A stretch of 64,000 nt of DNA, taken from NCBI RefSeq assembly GCF_001194135.2, contig NC_068982.1, forward strand, positions 150,976,660 through 151,040,659, given 5' to 3'. Position numbers and translations under genes: made by a program. The notes under the pieces were generated by a model. That model did not search any database. It saw only the letters and a program-made list of their open reading frames with translations, and was not told the DNA's origin. The stretch comes from Octopus bimaculoides (taxonomy: Eukaryota). This document shows positions 39,412 through 51,920 of this stretch, piece after piece. Each line of letters starts with the position of its first letter. Positions within the stretch are counted from its first letter, which is position 1.

Positions 39412-39895
39412 AAAAAAAAGAAGGAAACAATAAAGAATAAAAATGGGATTAAGTGCAGTGAATTATTTCTGTAAACACCCACCTGTATGTTAAACTTTTC
39501 AATCCTAGCAATCCTACTCTTGCTCACACCACCTTGTCCATACTAGCATGATTTCTTATGCCCTTTATCTACATCATATACATCCTTAACACAAGCATTG
39601 TAAATAAGACAGTGTGACATCTATGTCTTTCTTAAAGACATTAGCTTATAAGTGAAATAAATACATCTGAGAACTGAACTAGATCTATGCGCTGTAAATG
39701 TTAGTCTTGTGAGGTTGCAAAGAATATAACGTTTCAGAAGCCTGTTTACAAGCCAGCCTGATGCTGTTGATATATACTCGGTATAATGAAAGAGTCCATC
39801 ATATTGTAAAACAACCTTATCATGTGATAGAACTCAAACGAAAATAGTGTATAGTGCATACTACCTCAAAAACTGATCAATTATTAAGTACTTAC

Positions 39896-39940
39896 CACAG
39901 AACGTATCTTACTCTGCTTTTCACAATTTGTAGAAGCCAT
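39896..39940 (-). CDS. Gene A probable first coding exon (exon 39896-39977), MASTNCEKQSKIRSV
   Basis: Strong acceptor (tttgtttctctatcttag) and donor (GTG|gtaagt). ATG sits in aaatcATGG context with an in-frame TAA two codons upstream. Ends in phase 0, matching exon 17879. Confidence 0.6.
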
Positions 39941-40025
39941 GATTTAGTGGTGTTCTGGTAAATATAAAGATGTTCATCTAAGATAGAGAAACAAATGTAG
40001 TGAGTGGGGGAGAAGGAGATGTGGT

Positions 40026-40075
<50 letters not shown>

Positions 40076-40868
40076 AAGAAGAATAAACAGTGCTAACTAT
40101 TTGTTTGTTTATTTCTGTCTGGATGGAAAGTAAAATAGATACTAATGGTCAAAATAGACATCAAGTCTCCTGTTTTATTAGTTTCTTGTAAGAAATAGAT
40201 AATCATGTATCTTCTAACTCAAATTAATTTGTCAAATATACTAAAATACATTACTGGTATTTAGTTTACTGACTTCTTGGAGAATATAAGAAAATGGATT
40301 CAATAGTTCAAAAGTTTGAAGTATGAAACTTTATTAACAGATCAATTAATCAACTGTAATCTAACTTTCTATTTTCCAAAATGAAACAGTGTCTTACTTG
40401 ATATAATGCTAGGCAGCTAAACACAATGACGATTTTCTTCATTGACTTGCTATCATTGTCTAGGTAGCTGAACACAACATATTACAATAATATTCTAATT
40501 GTATTGCTATTCTGACATATAGTACTAAGGTGATATTCTGTGCTCTAGCATGCTATACCAATGTTCTATTTATCATGGTATTCTGAATTAGTGTTCTCTG
40601 TGTATGTATGTATAGTTGGATATGTTAACATCAAAGTCAAAGATTTACTAATGGGGACAGCGATTATATATCCCATGAGGAGATACAACTAGATTTTATT
40701 ATACAGGTAAACTGTTGCTTAATTTAAATCCTGTGTATATGTGGATCCATGTATTGAAACATGTGTAATGTTTATTAAATAACTGTCTAAACATACTCAT
40801 TCTTGACTCTATTCAATTTATATATATATCGTTTAACGTCCGCTTTCCATGCTAGCATGGGTTGGACA

Positions 40869-40902
<34 letters not shown>

Positions 40903-40970
40903 NNNNNNNNNNNNNNNNNNNNNNNNNNNNNNNNNNNNNNNNNNNNNNNNNNNNNNNNNNNNNNNNNNNN

Positions 40971-41484
40971 CCAATGCCAGATGGCACGTGTAAAGACATT
41001 CAAGCGAGATCATTGCCAGTGCTGCCGAACTGGCTCCTGCGCAGGTGGCACATAAAATACACTATTTTGAGTGTGGCCGTTGCCAGTACCGCCTGACTGG
41101 CCTTCGTGCCGGTGGCACTTAAAAGCACCTACTACACTCTTGGAGTAGTTGGCGTTAGGAAGAGCGTCCAGCTGTAGAAACTCTGCCAAATCAGATTGGA
41201 GCCTGGTGTAGCCATCTGGTTTCACCAGTCCTCAGTCAAATTGTTCAACCCATGCTAGCATGGAAGGCGGACGTTAAACGACGATGATGATGATGATGAT
41301 CATCATCATCATCGTTTAACGTCAGCTTTCCATGCTGGCATGGATTGGACGGTTTGACTGAGGACTGGTGAACCAGATGGCTACACCAGGCTCCAATCTG
41401 ATCTGGCAGAGTTTCTACAGCTGGATGCCTTTCCTTATGCCAACTACTCTGAGAGTATAGTGGGTGCTTTTACGTGCCACCGGC
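40971..41484. mobile_element. Two RTE tails joined tail to tail (plus 40971-41299, minus 41300-41484)
   Basis: (GAT)n directly abuts (CAT)n, and the arms are reverse-complementary. Confidence 0.9.
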
Positions 41485-44469
41485 ATGAGGGATGTATATG
41501 TATGTGTGTGTGTGTGTGTGTATATACATATAATTACATTATTTAACATAGCCTTCTTTTCAAAGACAGTATGGTGCTATTTAAAAGATTTGGAAGCTAT
41601 TTCTTGCAGATCAAACAACCACATGGAACCTCCCTTGTTTGTTTTGTTAAGTGTCTGTTTTATAGTTAGATAATTCCAAGTGCAGTGAATTACTTCAGTG
41701 AAGTAGCCATTTCGGTAATTGTACTAGGACAATTACTGAATGAATTTTTGAAGAACCTATTCTATCAAGATAGATTGCTTCATTATATGTTAAGAACAGC
41801 CAGCTCTTCCCATATGTCCAGTAACGTGTGTGACATTGTTTGCTAAAAGTTAGTGATGACGATAGAAATTTAGAATGTGTTGCCTTGATTTAAGTGAAAT
41901 AAATCTAAAGAATGATAAAAGGCCTGGCAATAGTAATTGGTCGAGAAAGTAAAGAAATTGTAAAAGACAAATGCAATGGTAGCTTTGCTGAACTTGCTAC
42001 AAAATTTCAGAAATTGAGTAAATAAGCAATGTTTATATATTAGCTTTTGCTGAAATAAGTATCACATAATTTCAAGAACTTTTTGTGTGGATTCCATTGA
42101 AGATTCTAAGGAAGTTAAGCTTCAATGAAATTTATTAGAGAGTCTTATATTTATTTAAAAATGGATTTCAAGCTGAATGTAGAGAAAAGGAATTGAAGTT
42201 AGTGGTGAAATGTATTAATTTCATTTGGGAGACAACTAGATTGTTATAAATCTATTTTCTTTCAAGATGGCAGAGTAGTGTGAAAGAAACTAATATGGGA
42301 AGCTGTCTAAAATGATCCAGCTATTCTCCTGATGTCTCGAGCACTCAGCAGTGACATTGTTTAATAATATCTATTACACTGTAAATCCTTTTTAAGAAAA
42401 TCAGTAGATTAAGTTAAGGTTTCATGGGAACAGTAAGGGGAATTCTATCATAACCTGTGTCAAGTCATCAGCTTCACCAAGTGGTGGGGTGATGATGATG
42501 CAATGTTGTCTAATAATGCTAGAGATTTCTTATTATTTCTATAAGGGTAATGAATGAGGGACATTACAAAGTGCAGGGGATTAATTCAGTGTAGTGAAAA
42601 TGACAAATGGAAAACAGTATGAAAGATATTTTATATATGTCCTTATCAAGGCATGTCTAAGCATCGCCACCACCACCACCACCACAAGGTGGTGTTGGTG
42701 TTGGTGGTAGTAAGTGGTGATGATGATGATGCAACACAGTAAAATACTGTCTGAGGCTTTCTTTTATTTCAAGAAGTCTAGTGAATGAGAGACAATACAA
42801 AGTATAAAATAATGGTGGATTTATATCCTTGTAGTAGAAATAAATGGAAAATAATATGAAATATATTTTATATATGTCCCAATCAGGACACATTTAAACA
42901 GTAACAGCAGCAGCAGTAGCAGCCACTGCACTGCTATTGCTACTACATTTATTAGGGTGGAGGAATGGAGTGCCAGATTAGATTCCTTGCTTTATTTAAT
43001 TATGTCCTTTTATAGTCTAACTTTAAGTCCCACTGAGATTGACTTTGCTTTTCATCTCTCAAGGAACAATGAGATAAATATCAGTCATGGACTGGGGCCA
43101 ATTAAATCCATTACAAATTGTGATCAGCAACAAAGCAAGAAATTGACAAGACAGTCCCACCAAAATTTGTGACTTTGTGTCTCTCAAACTCATCATTAAC
43201 TCTTTCAAGTAATACTTAATGAAGGTTAGGTGTGAGACAAGTGCTATACTCGAGTAAATTTTATGAAAGTTGAGTGAGGGGAGCAGAGTAAGCATTATGC
43301 GGATGAGAGGATCGAAGCTTTAGCAGAAGTTATGAGTTAGACACTAGCAAAATAGATTGTTTCCAATGTTTGGAAAGTTTCATACAAGAAGTTAATAGCT
43401 TTAAAAGTACTGAAGCTAGAATAAGAAAAGGGTGGAAAGTTCAGGGAACTATTACTTTTACTGGTGCAAGGAGCATTCCCTCTCTGAGGGTCCTTGCCTT
43501 CACTATTCTAAGGAATTTCCATGTGTTTAAGGCTCTATGATCAAAAGGTGGACAGAAGAAAGAACAATGATGGAAAGACCAAGGTGAGTAGGTGAAGTGA
43601 GTGAGAGTATGCCTGAGAGAAACACAGACTGGAGTAAAAGGTAGAGAATGGAACAATGAAATAGTGATGGTGCTGGAGGGAGTAAAAGAAGAGAGGCAGT
43701 GGTGGGAGCTACAATTTTTAGTTGTGTGTGAGAGAGAGATTAAGTGGTGGATGGGTGAAGGTAAGAGAAAGTGTTAGATGTAAATACCAAGTGACCAGAA
43801 TGGTCTGGCAGTGTAGAAAGGGTGAGGGTAGTATGTGTAAGACATAAACAGATTGAATGCAATTCCTCATAATAGGTGTTTTGAGAGAAGAGTGATAAGA
43901 GTGTGCACAAGTCCAATTCTATTTCTTGTTACATGGGTGGTATGGTGCAGGGAATAGATTAGTGATAATTAGAGTGAGAGTGATAGGTGTCAGTAACAAG
44001 TAGCTTAGGGAAGAGAGAATAGTAGCTGGCAACACAGAGTGATGGTAGAGTGCATTGGATATGAATAAATCAGACAATATATCTTATATATTTTGATGAT
44101 AGAGTGATAAAAGTGGTGGTAGATTATGTACAGGCCTAATGTCACTCCTCATTACAGAGGTAGCATGGTATAGTGAACAGGAGAAAAGGTGTCAGAAGCA
44201 TGAGCAGTTTAGACATATCAAGCATATCAAATGTCATTCCTAGCTAGTTGGGTAGTATGGTACAATGCACAAGAGAAATCCATTGCTAACCTTTGTTACA
44301 CAGGTAACATGGTACAGTGAATAGGAGAAAGGTGAGAGAAATGTGAGAGATAGAGATAGAGTACATCAGTGACAGAGTGATAAAGGATAGAGGTGAGAGA
44401 GTATCAAAGAGGTGGGAGAGGGTTTAGAAGATGGAGGCTTAATAAGGATGTTCTTGGTAAAAGACCTAA

Positions 44470-44488
44470 ATGTATGCGTGTGTGTATA

Positions 44489-44524
<36 letters not shown>

Positions 44525-44735
44525 TGTATGTATGTATGTATATATATATATATATATAATGTATATATATATATATGTGTATATATATGTATATATATGC
44601 ATATATATGTATATGTATGTATTTATATATGCGTATATATATATATATGTATATATTATATATGAATATATGATATATGTATATATATATGAATATATGT
44701 ATATGTATGTATTTATATATGTATGTATATATGCG

Positions 44736-44772
<37 letters not shown>

Positions 44773-44873
44773 TATATATGAATATATGATATATGTATAT
44801 ATATATGAATATATGTATATGTATGTATTTATATATGTATGTATATATGCGTATATATATATATATATATATA
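44470..44873. repeat. Compound (TATG)n/(TA)n microsatellite with duplicated higher-order blocks
   Basis: Directly visible. Runs into a gap. Confidence 0.9.
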
Positions 44874-45016
44874 NNNNNNNNNNNNNNNNNNNNNNNNNNN
44901 NNNNNNNNNNNNNNNNNNNNNNNNNNNNNNNNNNNNNNNNNNNNNNNNNNNNNNNNNNNNNNNNNNNNNNNNNNNNNNNNNNNNNNNNNNNNNNNNNNNN
45001 NNNNNNNNNNNNNNNN

Positions 45017-45255
45017 TGCGGGTGGCACATAAAAGACACCATTTCGAGCGTGGCCATTTTTGTGCGGGTGACACGTAAAAGCACCCACTACACTCTCTGA
45101 GTGGTTGGCGTTAGGAAGGGCATCCAGCTGTAGAAACTCTGCCAAATTAGATTGGAGCCTGGCGTTGCTATCCGGTTTCACCAGTCCTCAGTCAAATCGT
45201 CCAACCCATGCTAGCATGGAAAGCGGACGTTAAACGATGATGATGATGATGATGA
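45017..45255 (+). mobile_element. Young RTE tail insertion
   Basis: Near-identical to the other young tails. Confidence 0.85.
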
Positions 45256-45329
45256 TATATGTATGTATGAATATATATCTGTAAGTATATATAAATATAT
45301 ATATATACTTCTTAGACTCCATCATTACC

Positions 45330-47330
45330 ACCATGTTGACATTCAGTTCATCGTGCTTGCACAAGTGGATGTTTTTTCTAGCAAAGGGTTGTGATACTGT
45401 CAACCATCAGTCCTTTGCCATCTCCTTCATAAGGCTCAGCATCCTAAGGTCAGTTTTCACCACCTCATTCCATGACTTTGTAGGTCTCCCAGTGCTGCTT
45501 TATGCAGTTGTAATCTCCAGTATCTACCACATACTTATATTAGCAACTTTCCCTCTTGTGCATTATACCAGATTCTGCTAATGTTCACTTTCTCTCTTAG
45601 ATTGTGCTGTGTTGTTCATGTACACTAACACTATTCATCCAGTGAATCATGCTTGCTTCATTTTTTTCTAATTATTGCATTCAAGGCCTATGCCTCACAA
45701 ACATGCACATACATCAACAACTCCTTGAACTTTTTCTAGCCCATTCTTACTCTGGCTACTATGCTTTCAGAACACCCATTGCCACTACTAATTAGGTCAC
45801 ATAGGTACCAAAAGCTATCAACTATTTGTTGTGGTTGCCCAGACATTTGAGAGAACCTGTTTTACAGTTGCTCTTTAGTGCTTACTGCATCTCTGTATAT
45901 GAAATCTACCTTTCCATTTAGCTTTTCACTGATTCTGTATCTTTTATACATGCATGGTATGCAATGGATATGGAATTTTTACCCATGCCTTTTCTGCATA
46001 TGAAGCATGACCATTTCCTTGATAATGATAAGGTCCTGTCTTCTTTTCTACTTAGTAAAACTTTACCCTTTGCAAAGTTTACTGTGAAGCATCTTGAGTC
46101 TAGGTTTTGCTTCCATATCTGAGATTTCTTCTAAACATCTTTGACGCATCTATAAGAACTAGGCCAGCAATGTCATTTTAAACTCATCACTGTACTCAGT
46201 GCTATCACTCACCAAGCTAACTGCACATGAATTGTACACTCAACAAAATTCACTCAGCTGCTCTTAGTTTCCTTAACAACTGCCAGACTATAGAGTGTGG
46301 AATTCTGTCAAAGACTTTCTGCAGGCTGACAAACATTACATAGAAGGGCTTATTCTTAGCAGAGTACTTCTGCATTTGTCTCTTCAGAAAGAGGGCATCA
46401 GTAGTTCTTGTTCTTGGCACAAACCCACACAGCATCTTAGTGAAGCTAATTCTATACTTAATCAGCTGCACTTGATGCTTTTATAGTTCCTCTCCCTAGT
46501 GCATCTCTACTGCTCTGGTAGCAGTTGACAATGATAATACCATATCAGACATCTTGTAATACCTAATTGACTATGCATGTGACTAGTGCATGACTGCCTC
46601 ACCAGATATTTTTAGTCTCTCAGCGACAATATTTGCCTTCTTAGCTTTCATAACCTTCATTGTTTAATCTACCATACAGCTGTCAGCTTCAACGGGTGCT
46701 CCGCTATTGAGTCTACTGAGGTAAACTCTCTTTCCCATGCATTCTCCCTGTTTAACAGTCTCTCATAATAGTACTTCTATGTCTCTTTTATGTATTATTA
46801 AGGGCTAGTGCACTGATATCATTTTGAATGTTATTCTCTCCAATGATATCTCAACCTTTTCTGACACTGTTTTGCATGCATGGAAGATGGACGTTAAATG
46901 ATGATGATGAATATCTTATACTTCTGCTCCTTATGGTTCAGAATATGTACCAATATACTGTTTTTTGTGTCACCCCTAGCTAAGCATACTTGATATTTAG
47001 CTTCTCTTTAGCCACTTGAAATGGGTCTCTAGCATGCTTTCTCATCCAAGCCTGTCCATTGTGCTTCACTCATTCCAAGCCTGTCTCTTAAGTTGTATGT
47101 TCCTATCTGTAGCATTACTCCACTTCTATCTCACCTTCTGTCTTGCTGGGACCTTGATCAGTTTCAGATCTAGGCAGTAATCCTCAGTAGATTGTTTTGC
47201 AGGAATTCCTAGTTTACCTCTATAAATTTCAGTTCCCTCATTGTCTCATCTTTCATGGACATCAACTAAGGCTCTTTCAGCTTCTATAACTCCCTTCTTC
47301 AAATTTTTGTTTTTGTTTTTTGACCATCTA
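45330..47330 (-). mobile_element. Old RTE LINE, heavily decayed
   Basis: ORF 46250-46471 has GFVPRTRTTDALFLKRQMQKY...VMFVSLQKVFDRIP (RT domain). Confidence 0.8.
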
Positions 47331-48700
47331 GATTAGTGACTTCTGAAGTCACTAATCACTAATATTGTACATTCATCACAGGAGAAAGACTTAGCAATTA
47401 CAACCATCAGGTTACCTCATTTCCTGGTAAGAATAAAGTCTCTCTGGTTTGTGTGTTCAGTTGGCAGGAAGAAGAGCAGGTCACTGGCCAGTTTCTTGGA
47501 GTTTGTATTGCTTAGGTCATTTACATCCAGGTCTACATAAGCATTGACCTTGCCTCATTCCTTGTACCATACCTATACCCACCAAGTATGCCATGAATGT
47601 GAGAGTATGTGTATTGCCAACACACATATAAACATATATGCTTGTATTTGTATATATTCATTATATGCAGATATACAAAGTATTCTGTTGTAGAGCTGTA
47701 CAAAACAGCAGAATGTCCTTAGATGCCAAAAAATCAGCTTGAACTTGCAACCCAACAGTGGAAGTATTTACAAGGGAACAATGGCCCAAAAGATAGCACT
47801 GTTGGAACTATAAAAGGCTGAATGATAAAGGTCACTTTTAAATAAACTTGTCATGTATAGGTTAAATTCAAACCTCTCTCTTAGCTGTCATGCGTTAGGT
47901 GGCATTGTGGTGGGAGGTAGTGGAAGAGAGAAATTAAGAGATAATAAGGTGAAAATGAAGCCAGGTGTTGAAAGGTATGATCAGAGCAATGTAAGAAGTC
48001 TGAAGTTAATGAGTTTGTAAAATGCTGTGGTTGACAGTTATATACATACATGTATGTATAAACACATACATCATCGTGAGCATACCCCACTCTCTCTCTC
48101 TGTATATATGTATATATTCTTTTATCCTTTAACTTGTTTCAGTTAGGGTTTTAGTCAAAGAAATAGACCAAAGGACTTATTCTTTGTAAGTCTGGTACTT
48201 TTTCTATTGGTCTCTTTGGCTGAAGTTATGGGGACATAAACACATCAGCATTGGTTGTCAAGCGATGGAGTTGTGGGACTTCAGACATACACGCATAAAT
48301 ACACACACACACAAACATATATATATATATACATACACACACACACACACACACAAACATATATATATATACATACACACACACACAATGGGCTTCTTTC
48401 AGTTTCCATCTATATATACATATATGCTTGTATTTGTCTATCTGTAAACATTCTTTCAGTTTCCGTCACAAGGCTTTGGTCGGCACGACACTATATATAC
48501 GCCTTCAAAACGTGGAGTAGATGGACAGGGACAACTGATGAAGGGAAATATTCTTTATGTTGCATGTCTCGTTTCTGTTTTTTTTTTTGTTGTTTGAAAA
48601 AAAGTTCGTTTTCTGTTTTCGTTTCTCATTGCGTTTAACGTTTTTTTGTGATGTCCTGTACCCATATATGTATGGATATGTACATATATGTATGGATATA

Positions 48701-48769
<69 letters not shown>

Positions 48770-48770
<1 letters not shown>

Positions 48771-51700
48771 TCTTTATTGCCCACAGGGGGCTAAACGTAG
48801 AGAGGACAAACAAGGGGATAAAGTCGATTACATCGACCCCAATGCGTAACTGGTACTTAATTTAATCGATCCCGAAAGGATGAAAGTTAACGTCGACCTG
48901 GGCGGAATTTGAACTTAGAACGTAACGACAGAAGAAATACCGTTAAGCATTTCGCCCGGCGTGCTAACGTTTCTGCCAGCTCGCCGTCTATATATTGAAA
49001 TGAGATTTCAATTCGCAATTACTTAGAAATCTTGTTACAATCCTTTATTCTATAGGCGCAAAGGATAAAATTTTGAAGGCGGAGGTGGGTAAGTCGATTA
49101 CATCATTCGCAGTGCCCAACTGGTACCAATTTCATCGCAACCTAAAAGGATGAAAGCAAAGTCGACCACGGCAGAATTTGAACTCAGAATGTAAAGACGA
49201 ATGAAATATATTTGTTCTGCCAGTTTACCATCTTGTGACTTTTCAGCATTTACATAAATATTACTGATGCATACACATATATATAAAACTGTATACATAC
49301 ATTCTTGATGATGTTTACAGACACAACTACTTGCACATACATTCTTGATGATGTTTACAGACACAACTACTTGCACACACAATTAAATGTGTTCGTACAT
49401 ATTCATATATATTACCTACATATATCTGAAACCTTTCATGTACATGAGTGTCCATCTCCGCTCACCTTCAAATCCAAGCTTGCACGTATGTGCGCACACA
49501 TTTGCATTCAAATACATACACATATTTATATCAATATATTCCACATAAACGCATTGTTACTCACACCTACAGATACACACCTGTACGTACACAAATTTAT
49601 ATTAAAAGCACACCAATACACTTGAGTATGTAACAGAGATACATAAAAGGGAACAAGTAAACAAGGCGAGAAAACAAAAAACCGGTGTTCTTCAAATGAA
49701 ATCCTTTATGATATTTGTTCTACTCTGAGTTACAGACATTTGTCATTCTCCCCATCAAAAATGGAATGGACCACTAATAGACTTACAGGAAATTTGTAAC
49801 TAACGATGCTATTGTTCACTAAATGTAATATAAAACAAATAAATAGGTCTGCTCAATCAAGGCTTACCTGGGGTTCAACAGCAACAACCCAGTAATTTAC
49901 GAAGATTGACTAAAGTGAAATTAATGTTTCTGGCCAAATTCCCCACTGACACGATGAATAATAACAATACATTCTGCAAACAGAAATGCGAGATAATTAA
50001 TTAATAGTGATAATCACAACAGAGAGAGACAGAGAGGAAAATATTTTGCGGCAATCGAAAGATTGCCTATTTTGCAATACAACTTTTATACATGATCAGA
50101 CGGTAGAACATCGTACCTAATTGGAGTGTTGTTTTTATTAGTGTTGTGAGGATCGCAGGTTCAAATCCCTCTGTGAATATCATTGCGAGCCAACATCGGA
50201 GTTATTGTGTGGCGGTTCGATCTGCTGGAAATAGCAGTCAAACCTCACTCTACCGTCTTAAATTAAGAAATTGATATGACAGGAATACGTTTGATTCATA
50301 AGTTTGTTCGACCAGACCTGATCTGGGCTAAGCAACTAAATTTATGTGATAGATTATAACAACAATTAACTTCTCAATGTAACATAACATATATCCTCAC
50401 ACACACTAGCAACTATAAGCAATTGATGAGAAGAGTAGCCGTTTATATCTCTTTCCTCCGAACTTTATTTTTAAATAATTTTCTTCGTGACCCACGAAGG
50501 ATGAACAGAAAAAGTAATCTGAGAAATTTGAACTCAGAACGTAAAGCGAGGTAACCAAATAGCGCAAAATAATTAGTTCGGCGCTCTGCCGACTTTAACA
50601 TTTACTATTCTAAATAGAGATTAAATAACAGAAATAAGGGGGAAAAATGTACGAACTTTTAACGTCTTCTTTAGTCAAGGAACCAAGGTGGCTGTTTGCC
50701 TGCGTATGTTAACATATGTGTGTGCGTATGTATGTATATAAATGGAAAGTCAACAAACGGTGATACAATAGTTTCAGCTTCTTGTTTATAACTTCATTGG
50801 GGAACCGTCGTCACTTCCGCTACTAAAAATGCAGATCAATGATTGGATGAAAAAAAAACTGATATGGCTTTTCGTCGTTAAGGGGTTTACCTTTACCATG
50901 ACGACACAAAACGCGTCTACACATGCTCTGTTATGTATAATCAGTTGTTCTCTACGAAGTTTTGCCCCGTATGAGAAATTAATTTATGCTGTTAAAAATT
51001 CGACTATTCTTTACATTAATATTCCTCTTTTCATTTTCATTATTAATTAGAGTAAAAAAGCAAAAAAGCAAAAAAGAAAAGAAAAAAATAATTGTATTGA
51101 AAATAAAATTCGTAAACTAAGATAAGATTCATGTTAAGCTATTTATTTCTTCGAAAGAGCGAATGCATTAATCAGAAGACGTAGATTCCACAGCGTAGCG
51201 TAATATCACAAAATCTTGTCTCTCCAATGAATCTGAATCGTGTCAATTTAAAAGAGTTGTAACTTACTGAAAACAAATTGTCAGTTAGACATATAGCAAT
51301 AATGATAATTGTTTCTAACAATTATCATTAAAAGGGCCTAAAATTTACAAAGGGGCAAGTCGATTAAACCGACCTAATTACTTGAGTGGTTCTTTATTTT
51401 ATCTATCCCAGAAAGACAAAAAAACAAAAAACAATGTTGACGTCAGCGATATTTGAACTCAAAATTTAAAAAGCCCAAACTAAATTTTGAAAATCGTTTT
51501 CATGCAGTATTGATTTACGGTTCTTTATGCTCCGGGATCAAAACCCGCCAAAGTCGACTAATGATTTTAATGGTTTCCAGTTTTGGCACAAGGCTGGCGA
51601 TTTTGATGGGAGTGGACTTTATTATATTGACCTCAAAAGGATGAAAGATAAAGTTGACCTCAGCGGTCATTCTGAACTCGGAATGTAAAAAGCCGAAACG

Positions 51701-51920
51701 AATACTTACAAGGCCTTTTAGCTAACGATTCTATCAACTCGTCGCTTTTAATTGTTTCTAATTTAAGCACAAGGTCAGCAGTTTTAAACTATTATAAAGT
51801 CGCAGATCTTGAGTGGTACTTTATTTTATCGATCGCAAAATGATGAAAGGCAAAATTCACCTCTGCCAGATTGGAACTCGGAAATGTAAAGAACCGAAGC
51901 AAATACCATAAAACATTTGT
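48770..51920 (-). mobile_element. Cluster of about six SINE family 2 copies
   Basis: The ggatgaaag..aaagtcgacc..gaatttgaactc motif recurs near 48.9, 49.15, 50.5, 51.4, 51.65 and 51.85 kb. Confidence 0.8.
50795..50846 (-). promoter_or_regulatory. Putative gene A proximal promoter: overlapping ETS/CRE half-site flanked by two CCAAT boxes
   Basis: Minus strand GCGGAAGTGACG at 50809-50820 and CCAAT at about 50796-50800 and 50842-50846, in CpG-retaining sequence upstream of gene A. Confidence 0.45.

Noticed and set aside
44366-45181. YI/HT/CV-rich ORFs here and at 527-980, 11341-11917, 58776-59226 and 63127-63531
   Set aside because: They are translations of (TA)n, (CA)n and (TATG)n microsatellites.
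47331-47357. Perfect 13-bp inverted repeat with 1-nt spacer
   Set aside because: Short and isolated at a LINE edge, consistent with a local template-switch event.
48533-48560. CTGATGA in a repeat resembling a Penelope terminus
   Set aside because: No downstream GAAA or stems in this copy.
49295-49374. Perfect 40-bp tandem duplication (also 55-bp imperfect units at 56212-56340)
   Set aside because: Ordinary slippage duplication with no further structure.
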